DNA from: Klebsiella phage KMI11
Sequence record: MN101225.1
Strand: one strand, 5' to 3'
Length of the DNA: 64,000 bases
Shown here: positions 43,104 through 50,422 of the stretch, in pieces
Numbering within the stretch: the stretch's first letter is position 1
How the letters are laid out: the number at the start of each line of letters is the position of its first letter
Notes under the pieces: model-generated
The model's database searches: none
The model's input: the letters and a program-made list of their open reading frames with translations, nothing else
What the model was told of the DNA's origin: nothing
Translations under genes and position numbers: made by a program

Positions 43104-43199
43104 ACAATGAAGGAATGGTGGAAAAATACACGGCCCGCAAAACGCTGTGGCTGTCGCTAAGCGAATTGTGTCTATATGACACTTCCTTCACCAAATACT

Positions 43200-43284
43200 G
43201 GAGAGTAGCGCTAGTGGTAGCAAACCGGACTTGAAATCCGGGCCATCGGAAACGGTGAGGGTTCAACTCCTTTACTCTCCGCCA
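43200..43284 (+). tRNA. tRNA-Ser(UGA), class II
   Basis: acceptor GGAGAGU/ACUCUCC, anticodon stem CCGGA/UCCGG loop cuUGAaa, long variable arm, G73, CCA. Confidence 0.85.
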
Positions 43285-43350
43285 AATTTATGAAAGTTAA
43301 ACGCTGCCCATAGCAGTGGTACATCAACAATTAGATGATTAGCTTTCCAT

Positions 43351-43426
43351 GGGAGTATAGCTCATTTGGTAGAGCTCTCGACCGATAATCGAGCGGTGAC
43401 TGGTTCGAGTCCAGTTACTCCCACCA
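43351..43426 (+). tRNA. tRNA-Ile(GAU)
   Basis: acceptor GGGAGUA/UACUCCC, anticodon stem CUCGA/UCGAG loop ccGAUaa (C33), A73, CCA. Confidence 0.8.
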
Positions 43427-43432
43427 AATAAC

Positions 43433-43507
43433 AGGTTCTTAGTATAACGGCTATTATGCTGGGCTCCAAACCCAGTGATGAGGGTTCGATTCCTTCAGGG
43501 CCTGCCA
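43433..43507 (+). tRNA. tRNA-Trp(CCA)
   Basis: acceptor AGGUUCU/AGGGCCU, anticodon stem CUGGG/CCCAG loop cuCCAaa, G73, CCA. Confidence 0.8.
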
Positions 43508-43512
43508 AATTT

Positions 43513-43587
43513 GCATCCATCGTATAACGGCTATTATAGGTGACTTCCACTCACTTGATAAGGGTTCGATTCCCTTTGGATGCTCCA
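43513..43587 (+). tRNA. tRNA-Gly(UCC)
   Basis: acceptor GCAUCCA/UGGAUGC, anticodon loop cuUCCac, T-arm AAGGG-TTCGATT-CCCTT, U73, CCA. Confidence 0.85.
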
Positions 43588-43592
43588 AATTA

Positions 43593-43669
43593 CTCCGTAT
43601 AGCTCAGTCTGGTAGAGCGTTCCATTTGGGATGGAAAGGTCGAATGTTCGAGTCATTCTATGGAGACCA
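43593..43669 (+). tRNA. tRNA-Pro(UGG)
   Basis: anticodon stem UUCCA/UGGAA loop uuUGGga; T-arm GAATG-TTCGAGT-CATTC; A73, CCA. Confidence 0.85.
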
Positions 43670-43675
43670 AATTAA

Positions 43676-43819
43676 CGGTATGACACAATACAAGATGGCG
43701 TAAGCTGAGTAGCGGGATTGCAGTCTCGTTCAGATATGCTATCGAGTATGGGTGATATATTAAACACATGGATTCTGCAAAGTCCATGTGACTCGGTTCG
43801 AGGCCGGGCATACCGTCCA
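43676..43819 (+). ncRNA. tRNA-like stable RNA candidate (about 144 nt; perfect acceptor stem, T-arm and CCA but oversized core)
   Basis: 5' CGGUAUG pairs 7/7 with 3' CAUACCG, followed by U73 and CCA; T-arm CUCGG-TTCGAGG-CCGGG; 7-bp hairpin ACATGGA/TCCATGT immediately 5' of the T stem; starts 6 nt after tRNA-Pro, matching the cluster spacing. Confidence 0.5.
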
Positions 43820-43844
43820 ATCACTTGCCATTGAGAAATATATT

Positions 43845-43997
43845 ATGAAATATTACGGCTTCAAAACATCCCATTTCGGGAAAGCATATCGTACAGAAAA
43901 CATTGATAGACGTCGAGCATATTACGAATCACTGCATAAAGCAGGACGTTCTCGTGCACGACAAGAAGGCCAAAAACAAGCGAAGGAAATAGAATGA
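43845..43997 (+). CDS. small basic protein
   Basis: ATG at 43845 (MKYYGFK...) chosen because the track ORF's earlier portion overlaps the tRNA-like element; basic C-terminus. Confidence 0.35.
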   Translation: MKYYGFKTSHFGKAYRTENIDRRRAYYESLHKAGRSRARQEGQKQAKEIE

Positions 43998-44359
43998 ATA
44001 TTTTTATTGGTGTTGCAAATAACGTAAATGCTATTACGGTGAAATTACAATGGAATCGTCCAACTAATTTTGCTTTAGGATTATGTAAATCTGAACGTGA
44101 TTTAATGCTTCATGCTGATTTTGCATACACTTTTGATGAACGCAAAGGTATGTGGGTCTGGATTAAATGCAGATACGAAGCATTAATCAAATATGAGTAC
44201 TTCAGTGAGCGTGATATTCAAGAAGTTATTGCTTATCATTCTGGCTGTAAAGTAAGTAAACTGCGTCAAGTTATTCCGTTTACTAATGCTTCAAATGTAG
44301 AAGAGCTAATTACTGATTTTAAACGAATTTATCAGGCGAAATATGATGAAAGATTCTAA
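43994..44359 (+). CDS. hypothetical protein
   Basis: 121-aa ORF, ATGA coupling. Confidence 0.45.
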   Translation: MNIFIGVANNVNAITVKLQWNRPTNFALGLCKSERDLMLHADFAYTFDERKGMWVWIKCRYEALIKYEYFSERDIQEVIAYHSGCKVSKLRQVIPFTNASNVEELITDFKRIYQAKYDERF

Positions 44360-44576
44360 AGGTCGAGACGTACAAGTTGGTGATATCGTTTTCTACGGAG
44401 AACGTACATATAATAAAGGTGGTCGTGGTTCTATGCGCTGCGGTCGTATTACAGATATTGCTTCAGGATTGGCTAAAGTAGATAACGACTACGTTGCAAT
44501 GCGAAGCAAATCATTCGTTAAGGTTTCTCCTATGTTCGCAACAATGTGGGAAAACGGAACGATTTTCGAGATTTAA
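44343..44576 (+). CDS. hypothetical protein
   Basis: 77-aa ORF. Confidence 0.4.
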   Translation: MMKDSKGRDVQVGDIVFYGERTYNKGGRGSMRCGRITDIASGLAKVDNDYVAMRSKSFVKVSPMFATMWENGTIFEI

Positions 44577-44630
44577 TGCTACAAGAATAACCTGTTATTA
44601 TTACTACATCAAAACAAACAAGGAAAAAGA

Positions 44631-44855
44631 ATGAAACGTATCGCACTGATTGTTGACCAAGAAGCTATGTTCGCTGCTACCGGTAAATTTCATCCGGTGA
44701 GTAAATTTGTTGCTCGCAGCGAGAAAATCGTTGGTCTGGTAGAAACTGTCGCAGGTGATGTAATTGTTTCTATTAAAACGTCTGAAATTTCTCCAGTAGT
44801 TAAAGTAGCAGTTGAAAATGACTTCTGGGAAGTAGCTGATTTTATGTGTGAGTAA
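44631..44855 (+). CDS. hypothetical protein
   Basis: 74-aa ORF with AAGGAAAAAGA RBS; followed by a terminator. Confidence 0.45.
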   Translation: MKRIALIVDQEAMFAATGKFHPVSKFVARSEKIVGLVETVAGDVIVSIKTSEISPVVKVAVENDFWEVADFMCE

Positions 44856-44888
44856 TTCTGCCTAGCAGGTGGATAAGCCCGACAAGGC

Positions 44889-44908
44889 GCCCTCTTCGGA
44901 GGGCTTTT
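44889..44908 (+). terminator. rho-independent terminator GCCCUC-UUCG-GAGGGC-UUUU
   Basis: 6-bp GC stem, UUCG loop, T4 run. Confidence 0.75.
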
Positions 44909-44933
44909 ATAAAAGTCATAAGATTTCTATAAA

Positions 44934-45010
44934 GGCCCTGTAGCTCAATTGGTAGAGCGTTCCCCTCATAAGGGATTGGTTGCATGTTCGAGTCTTTGCC
45001 AGGGTCACCA
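44934..45010 (+). tRNA. tRNA(CAU), elongator Met or Ile2(k2C)-type
   Basis: acceptor GGCCCUG/CAGGGUC fully paired (G1-C72), anticodon stem UUCCC/GGGAU loop cuCAUaa, TTCGAGTC T-loop (8-nt loop or imperfect stem), A73, CCA. Confidence 0.65.
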
Positions 45011-45029
45011 AATTAATGAGGAAAATATT

Positions 45030-45230
45030 ATGATGCGATTAGTTAAAGTAGTTGTAGAAGAATCTGAATACATGGGCGATAGCCGAATGATTGAAGAATT
45101 CGTTACTGTTGAGGCAGATTCTGAATCTGAAATCGCTGATAAAGTTTATCGTCATTTTGATAATATGTCTGATTCGTATGGCACAATGTATAACATTTAT
45201 CGTTTAGATGTAATAGTACATATCAACTGA
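45030..45230 (+). CDS. hypothetical acidic protein
   Basis: ATG at 45030 after GAGG; the track's upstream extension overlaps the tRNA. Confidence 0.45.
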   Translation: MMRLVKVVVEESEYMGDSRMIEEFVTVEADSESEIADKVYRHFDNMSDSYGTMYNIYRLDVIVHIN

Positions 45231-45240
45231 GGAAATTGAA

Positions 45241-45798
45241 ATGCATATTAAATTTGGACAAGTTATTCCTAAAGGCTTAGCAATGGCAATTACCACTTGG
45301 GAAAACGATGCTGATCGGTATTCTACCCAAATGGTTTATGGCTTAGAAAAAGAAGAGATTAATCAAGTAATTCACGTTCTTGAATGGTTCTCTTCTAATG
45401 GTCGGCGTGGTGAATACCTTGGAAATAATGATTACAACCATGAAGCAATTCTTGAAAAGCTTCATACTGAACAGAAGTATGTAACTCCTGAATTTTCCAA
45501 GAAATTCTTTGGCGTTGATGTTCCTGCATATGATTGTTCAGACGAAGAGTTTGATGCTTATTTAGATAACCACTATTCTTGTTCAAATGAAGTTATGTAT
45601 GCTATTCAGGCTTGGTTGGGTAATCCAATTGAATATGATTATGATTTCATGCGAGTATTTGAGAAAGTTGAAATCTTTGATATTAAAGAAGAAATTCGTA
45701 TTCCTGATGCTCCGGTTGCATTCCATATTGGAATTACGTATAAGCAGAAAGAAAGCCCATTAAAAGTTGATTGGTTGAAATACGTGAAGGAAAAGTAA
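45241..45798 (+). CDS. hypothetical protein
   Basis: 185-aa ORF. Confidence 0.5.
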   Translation: MHIKFGQVIPKGLAMAITTWENDADRYSTQMVYGLEKEEINQVIHVLEWFSSNGRRGEYLGNNDYNHEAILEKLHTEQKYVTPEFSKKFFGVDVPAYDCSDEEFDAYLDNHYSCSNEVMYAIQAWLGNPIEYDYDFMRVFEKVEIFDIKEEIRIPDAPVAFHIGITYKQKESPLKVDWLKYVKEK

Positions 45799-46248
45799 AT
45801 GGATATTGGTTCAGGTAGTTCATATCCATCATGTGCTTTGAGCAACTTTGCTCCTCATAAATTTATCTATGATGGCGTAGAATGTGCATCAATGGAGGGA
45901 TTCTTGCAGTCCCTCAAATTTTCTTCGCCTGAAATGCAAGCACATGTATGTACATTAGTTGGTAAATCGGCTAAGTTCAAAGGTAAAAAGAAACGGTGGT
46001 GGCCAACTCAAACACTTTATTGGAAAGGCGTGCCAATCCATCGTGCTTCAGAAGCGTATCAGAATTTACTGACAGGAGCATACGATGCACTTAGTAAAAA
46101 TGAAGGATTCAGAAAAGCTTTGGCTGCTACCCGGAATGCTACGCTCACTCACAGTATGGGCAAAAACAAAATTTCTGAAACGATTTTGACTGAACGCGAA
46201 TTCTGTAATCAACTTTATCGTTTGAGAAATGCTATAAATAATCAGTAA
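45799..46248 (+). CDS. NADAR/YbiA-like (DUF1768) domain protein, putative ADP-ribose N-glycosidase
   Basis: 149 aa; N-terminal block LSNFAPHKFIYDGVECASMEGFLQSLKF matches the NADAR core (LSNF..PF....F.S.EH.FQA.KF); translationally coupled to the upstream ORF. Confidence 0.5.
   Translation: MDIGSGSSYPSCALSNFAPHKFIYDGVECASMEGFLQSLKFSSPEMQAHVCTLVGKSAKFKGKKKRWWPTQTLYWKGVPIHRASEAYQNLLTGAYDALSKNEGFRKALAATRNATLTHSMGKNKISETILTEREFCNQLYRLRNAINNQ
46233..46240 (+). promoter_or_regulatory. late promoter TATAAATA upstream of the second tRNA subcluster
   Basis: exact TATAAATA 20 nt before the tRNA-like element at 46260. Confidence 0.55.
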
Positions 46249-46259
46249 TATAATTATCT

Positions 46260-46387
46260 TGTTCAGTGTTGAAATCGGTAGACATGGTGACGGACACCTT
46301 TTGAGCTCGCATATTGCATCATATGCTGGCGACGGTGGTAAATCGCTGACGGAATCAGTCGTGCAGGTTCGAGTCCTGCCTGAACAA
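46260..46387 (+). ncRNA. tRNA-like stable RNA candidate (about 128 nt) fused 3 nt upstream of tRNA-Arg
   Basis: 5' UGUUCAG pairs 7/7 with 3' CUGAACA; canonical T-arm GCAGG-TTCGAGT-CCTGC; D-loop-like AAUCGGUAGAC; about 55 nt of extra core including a GCATAT-TGCATC-ATATGC hairpin; no clean anticodon arm found. Confidence 0.5.
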
Positions 46388-46390
46388 TCT

Positions 46391-46467
46391 CGGGGCATAG
46401 CTCAGTTGGATAGAGCAGCGGACTTCTAATCCGCAGGTCGAAGGTTCGAATCCTTCTGCCTCGACCA
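46391..46467 (+). tRNA. tRNA-Arg(UCU)
   Basis: acceptor CGGGGCA/UGCCUCG, anticodon stem GCGGA/UCCGC loop cuUCUaa, T-arm GAAGG-TTCGAAT-CCTTC, A73, CCA. Confidence 0.85.
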
Positions 46468-46471
46468 TTTC

Positions 46472-46556
46472 GCATCGATGGTGGAACTGGTATACACAGG
46501 AGACTTAAAATCTCCCGCCGCAAGGATTGAGGGTTCGAATCCCTCTCGGTGCACCA
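46472..46556 (+). tRNA. tRNA-Leu(UAA), class II
   Basis: acceptor GCAUCGA/UCGGUGC, anticodon stem GGAGA/UCUCC loop cuUAAaa, long variable arm, A73, CCA. Confidence 0.85.
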
Positions 46557-46566
46557 AATTAAGACC

Positions 46567-46652
46567 CCGGGAATAGTTGCTTAAACTTAGTGAGGAATTC
46601 AACGGCAGATACGTCTGTGCAACTACATAAGGTTCGAATCCTTATTTCCGTC
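46567..46652 (+). ncRNA. tRNA-like element (86 nt; T-arm and 6/7 acceptor pairs, noncanonical core) abutting tRNA-Thr
   Basis: T-arm TAAGG-TTCGAAT-CCTTA; 5' CCGGGAA versus 3' UUUCCGU (C1.U72 mismatch); internal long-range AGTTGC...GCAACT helix and GCAGA-TACG-TCTGT hairpin; no CCA. Confidence 0.4.
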
Positions 46653-46656
46653 TTAA

Positions 46657-46732
46657 GCCGATTTAGCTCAGCTGGTAGAGCGCTTCACTTGTAATGAAGA
46701 TGTCGCGGGTTCGACTCCTGCAATCGGCACCA
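46657..46732 (+). tRNA. tRNA-Thr(UGU)
   Basis: acceptor GCCGAUU/AAUCGGC, anticodon stem CUUCA/UGAAG loop cuUGUaa, T-arm GCGGG-TTCGACT-CCTGC, A73, CCA. Confidence 0.85.
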
Positions 46733-46934
46733 AATTCGAAGGGAAACTTGCGTATGCCCTCGTTGAGTCGTCAGATAGAAGAGAATGGTTCGTCCATTGC
46801 CGCTAGTCGGTTGTTCCCTGTCGCAAGCATAACCTCCTGACGCTATACTCCTTTGGATGAGACTGATGCCTCCGAGTTCAAAGGAATGAATTTAGCAGGT
46901 CATCTGCCAGTAGGTGATGCTGTCGATTCTCAGA

Positions 46935-46959
46935 GCCCTGTCTTCGGACGGGGCTTTTT
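46935..46959 (+). terminator. rho-independent terminator GCCCUGUC-UUCG-GACGGGGC-UUUUU closing the tRNA transcription unit
   Basis: 8-bp stem, UUCG loop, T5 run. Confidence 0.8.
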
Positions 46960-47100
46960 AGTATACAATAATACCGCAATTATAGCCCAGATACCTTCTA
47001 GAGGTCGTCTGGGCATTTCTATATCCCCAGCTGTATAAATCCATTCTACTCTCTAGAAAGTCCTTCCAGATTCCCTAAAATTATTTGAAAATTTGTGCAC

Positions 47101-47150
47101 AAAGTTGTTTACATCAGTAGTCAACTAGGTTACTATAGCTACATCGAAAC
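47101..47150 (+). promoter_or_regulatory. early promoter cassette AAAGTTGTTTAC-N18-TACTAT (second copy)
   Basis: 13-nt block CAAAGTTGTTTAC is identical to the copy at 40981; -10 TACTAT at 47131. Confidence 0.6.
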
Positions 47151-47173
47151 AAAACAGAGTAACGGAGAATAAA

Positions 47174-47464
47174 ATGTCTAAATTCAACTTTATCCAAATT
47201 GAACGTGGTTATAATCAATATGGTACTCCTGATCGTTATCGTGCAGTTTGGATTAAAGGTGAACACGAGAATGCAGTATTCAACGTAGCAGAAACCCGTG
47301 AACTGAAAGATTTGATTAAGCATGTTCGCAAAGATTGGCCTGCTGTTGAAGAGTACTACGTTCGAGTTTACCATGAAGAAGCTGCTACGGTTCAAATGGC
47401 TATCAAGTTTGCTAAAACCGTTCCTGCTTTGGTTAAACGAATTGAAGCGGTAATTAACTGCTAA
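47174..47464 (+). CDS. hypothetical protein
   Basis: 96-aa ORF, GGAGAATAAAATG RBS. Confidence 0.5.
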   Translation: MSKFNFIQIERGYNQYGTPDRYRAVWIKGEHENAVFNVAETRELKDLIKHVRKDWPAVEEYYVRVYHEEAATVQMAIKFAKTVPALVKRIEAVINC

Positions 47465-47482
47465 TAATTTTGGGGAGTTATA

Positions 47483-47746
47483 ATGAACTCCCCGCCTACT
47501 GAGGAAATTGATATGTATCAGGATAAGTTGAGATTAGTAGCGCAAACTTATTTTAAATCTTTTGCTAGGCTGTTTGGTGAAACTCCAAATTTTCCATCCG
47601 GTGAAGAACGAATGGCTGCTCTGAAAACTATTGAGAACCTGGTGATTTCAACTTACAATGAGTTTGCCGATGACCCGGCGGTTAATCGTCTTGTTGATAT
47701 CGCAGTTTTGGACAAAATGGAGGAACTCATTAATGCATACAAATGA
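47483..47746 (+). CDS. hypothetical protein
   Basis: 87-aa ORF, GGGGAG RBS. Confidence 0.45.
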   Translation: MNSPPTEEIDMYQDKLRLVAQTYFKSFARLFGETPNFPSGEERMAALKTIENLVISTYNEFADDPAVNRLVDIAVLDKMEELINAYK

Positions 47747-47960
47747 AGTTCCAAAAACCCTTGCTGATATTCGTCTTGAAGCTAAAATAGCCATCGAGCG
47801 TTTAATTAAAGCAACAGTAGAAGAAGGCAAAGAGTCTGTACTTATTCTCGGATTAGAATCATATGTTACTGATTACATCGAGATATTCGAGCGCAGCAAA
47901 AATGAACAGGGTCTAATCATTAAACCATATGTTTATGATTGGATTAATCCGTACGAATAA
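47733..47960 (+). CDS. hypothetical protein
   Basis: ATG at 47733 after GGAGGAA; 75 aa; overlaps the upstream stop. Confidence 0.4.
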   Translation: MHTNEVPKTLADIRLEAKIAIERLIKATVEEGKESVLILGLESYVTDYIEIFERSKNEQGLIIKPYVYDWINPYE

Positions 47961-47990
47961 AACCACCCATAACTATTGAAAGGAAATAAA

Positions 47991-48584
47991 ATGTCTATTC
48001 TGAAAAAACTTGTTGAATTCATCCGTTCTAAATTCGGTACCTTCGTTGCACAGAACACTTCTGTTGAAGACCAGTACACCACTGCAGCAAATCGTATTAT
48101 TGATGAAATCACTAAACTGCGTACCACGCATGTTAAATCAGTAAATGAAGAAAAGCGTCTGCTGAAACTTGCTGACGAAAAAGACCAGGCAGGTGCTTCC
48201 AAAGAGCGTGAAATTCGTCGCTTGATGGCAGAAGGTATGAATGTAGAAACCCATGCTAAACTGGGTCTTCTGTATCGTCGTACTGCTAAGGCTTTACGTG
48301 ATAAAGCTGCCGAATATAAAGAAATGCGGGCCCAAATTGAAGAAACTGTAGTTAAGCTTGATGACCAGCGTCTTGATTTGGCAGTGAAACTCGAATACAT
48401 CCGTGAGACCCGTAATGCTTCTGCTCTGGGTATTACCTCTGCTGATGACGTGATTGAAATCGCGGAACTCGCTAAAGTAGATGTACAAGACATCATGATG
48501 AAAGTTGAAACCTTCAGCGGTACTCAGCCTGGTATTGAAACCACCACTGCTGATGTCCATGAATATCTGGAAAGTCTGAAGTAA
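47991..48584 (+). CDS. PspA/IM30(Vipp1)-like coiled-coil protein
   Basis: 197 aa all-helical; MSILKKL...EDQ...[12 protein letters not shown]...[15 protein letters not shown] follows the PspA N-terminal pattern (MGIFSR...EDP...LMIQEMEDTLVEVRST...AEKKQLTRRIEQ); AAAGGAAAT RBS. Confidence 0.4.
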   Translation: MSILKKLVEFIRSKFGTFVAQNTSVEDQYTTAANRIIDEITKLRTTHVKSVNEEKRLLKLADEKDQAGASKEREIRRLMAEGMNVETHAKLGLLYRRTAKALRDKAAEYKEMRAQIEETVVKLDDQRLDLAVKLEYIRETRNASALGITSADDVIEIAELAKVDVQDIMMKVETFSGTQPGIETTTADVHEYLESLK

Positions 48585-48591
48585 TTTTACC

Positions 48592-48607
48592 GGGGCCTTC
48601 GGGCCCC
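48592..48607 (+). terminator. UUCG-tetraloop hairpin GGGGCC-UUCG-GGCCCC (no T-tract)
   Basis: perfect 6-bp GC stem immediately after the stop codon. Confidence 0.45.
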
Positions 48608-48623
48608 TAACTTGGATAATAAA

Positions 48624-49214
48624 ATGTTATATGAATGCGCTGGAGATATTCCAATGGCAACACCTCAAATTAAAGAATTAATTGCAGCAGGATTCCCAAC
48701 AGAAATCACTGATGTTCTCGAAAAATTTGCTTATCCTGATACTCGGCCTGAAAATTGGAAAACTCGCTATAACGGGTATAACACCACAGTTTTGCCGCGG
48801 GCTATCGTTCTTAAAGACTATTCCAAGCTGAAAAACTTAATTTCTAATATTTCGTCTATTTCCGACGGAGTTAAGCTTGTAGATATCTTTGCACTTCGGT
48901 ACGGAATTTATTCTTTCAACGATTCTCCGTCAAATCTAACATCAGCTCGTGCTAATGCCGATGGATATTTTACCTCTAGCTCCACAACATATACAGTAGT
49001 TATCGAGATTATCTATAATAAAACTAGTTATCGTCTCGGTATTAACCTGGTTAAATACGTGACATCTCAGGATGATTATAGCAATTATTTAAATTACTGC
49101 GTCAATGAATTGCCCCAAAAAGTCATGGGTATGTTTGACTCTAACAACATGGTAGGCAAACAATTAATCATTGATGAATTTATCAAATATTGCCGTAAGA
49201 GGGTGCAGAAATGA
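48624..49214 (+). CDS. hypothetical protein
   Basis: about 196-aa ORF; start ambiguous (TTG 48612 or ATG 48624). Confidence 0.45.
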   Translation: MLYECAGDIPMATPQIKELIAAGFPTEITDVLEKFAYPDTRPENWKTRYNGYNTTVLPRAIVLKDYSKLKNLISNISSISDGVKLVDIFALRYGIYSFNDSPSNLTSARANADGYFTSSSTTYTVVIEIIYNKTSYRLGINLVKYVTSQDDYSNYLNYCVNELPQKVMGMFDSNNMVGKQLIIDEFIKYCRKRVQK

Positions 49215-49570
49215 GTAATTTATATCTGCCAAGTGAACCTCCCGTTTATAATTATGTCTATAAATTTGACCAAATTGATTATGCCCTTGTTCCTGGTATT
49301 GGTGCAACTGTCGGCGCAATGTGTACCTTTACCGCGATTGGTATCATGCAGTTAACTGATATTACACCGGCAGTGTTATTCGGAATTCTGCTTGCATGGT
49401 GGGGAACTAGTTTGCTCATCATGGGATTAATTGAATGTTCCCGATGGGTTAAATGGTCTCGCAATAATTATAAGCGTAAAGCTGAATGGAAAGAACAGTG
49501 CAAGAATTTAACTCTTGAATGGAATCGCAAAAAGTCGTTTGAGTTTATTAAAGAGGTGAGAAGAAAATGA
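49211..49570 (+). CDS. small membrane protein (2 predicted TM helices)
   Basis: 119 aa; hydrophobic stretches VPGIGATVGAMCTFTAIGIM and AVLFGILLAWWGTSLLIMGLI; ATGA coupled. Confidence 0.5.
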   Translation: MSNLYLPSEPPVYNYVYKFDQIDYALVPGIGATVGAMCTFTAIGIMQLTDITPAVLFGILLAWWGTSLLIMGLIECSRWVKWSRNNYKRKAEWKEQCKNLTLEWNRKKSFEFIKEVRRK

Positions 49571-49863
49571 ATGAATATAAACCCGACGGATTTTGGAATC
49601 AAGATGGGCTCGCGCCAGGTTTTGGAATTGTGACATGGATTTTATATTGTGCTTTTGTAATTGTTGGAGGGACATTCTTTGGATTGAACGTCTCAGAGTT
49701 TATGATTATGCTTTTATTTTTAGGTGTTTTCGCATTCAGCCTCATGTGGATGCTAATTATCGCGTTGATTAATTGCTGCACATTTTTAGCTTACCGTATG
49801 AAATACAAGAAGTGGAAAGAAAAAGAAGATTTCAACACCTGGATTAGGAGCTGCAGAAAATGA
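49567..49863 (+). CDS. small membrane protein (2 predicted TM helices)
   Basis: 98 aa; VTWILYCAFVIVGGTFFGL and MIMLLFLGVFAFSLMWMLIIALI; ATGA coupled. Confidence 0.5.
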   Translation: MNEYKPDGFWNQDGLAPGFGIVTWILYCAFVIVGGTFFGLNVSEFMIMLLFLGVFAFSLMWMLIIALINCCTFLAYRMKYKKWKEKEDFNTWIRSCRK

Positions 49864-50186
49864 TTAAAACTTGTTATCGTGGAATGATTAAAGACGATGA
49901 GCCTGGGTATTTTTTCCTATTTCTGCTTATCTGGTTTTCATTTTCAGCTTTTGTTGGATTTGGGACTTTTTGGGGTTTTTACTTCTTTTCACCAATCTTT
50001 GGAGATACTTTGTTCTATTTAGGTTGGATGTCAGGTGTTGGAACTTGGTTTGCAATGCTTGCTCGTTGGTTGCAATTCGTTTCCCAGCGACAGCGGGGTG
50101 TATTTGATAAGCCCAAAGTAAAGAAAGAAAAATCTAAAGATGATTCTCGTAATGAAACTTTATCCTGGATTAAGGAGATGAAATAA
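49860..50186 (+). CDS. small membrane protein (2 predicted TM helices)
   Basis: 108 aa; FFLFLLIWFSFSAFVGFGTFWGFYFF and LGWMSGVGTWFAML; basic C-terminal tail. Confidence 0.5.
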   Translation: MIKTCYRGMIKDDEPGYFFLFLLIWFSFSAFVGFGTFWGFYFFSPIFGDTLFYLGWMSGVGTWFAMLARWLQFVSQRQRGVFDKPKVKKEKSKDDSRNETLSWIKEMK

Positions 50187-50422
50187 TGGCTGTTGCAGTG
50201 CATGTAAAATTTGAAAACGGTGATACTCGCCTTCTGTGTTACAGTGATAACGAATCACTGAGCGGTATCGAGATTTCACTTAAAGAAGAACTGCTTGGTA
50301 TTAATGGACCTATCTGTGATTTCTCAGTAGAGGGTTCATATAATTGTGATGGTGTACTAGAGTCTATGGTCTATACTGCCATGGAAGATATTCTTGAAGA
50401 AAGTTGGAATGAATGCCAATGA
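50186..50422 (+). CDS. hypothetical protein
   Basis: 78-aa acidic ORF, ATAATG coupling. Confidence 0.4.
   Translation: MAVAVHVKFENGDTRLLCYSDNESLSGIEISLKEELLGINGPICDFSVEGSYNCDGVLESMVYTAMEDILEESWNECQ

Noticed and set aside
42238-43550. ORF-track entries 42238-42450 (+), 43004-43234 (+) and 43362-43550 (-) inside the tRNA cluster
   Set aside because: They overlap or run antisense through clearly folded tRNA genes and spacers, with no RBS or coupling, so they are treated as non-coding.
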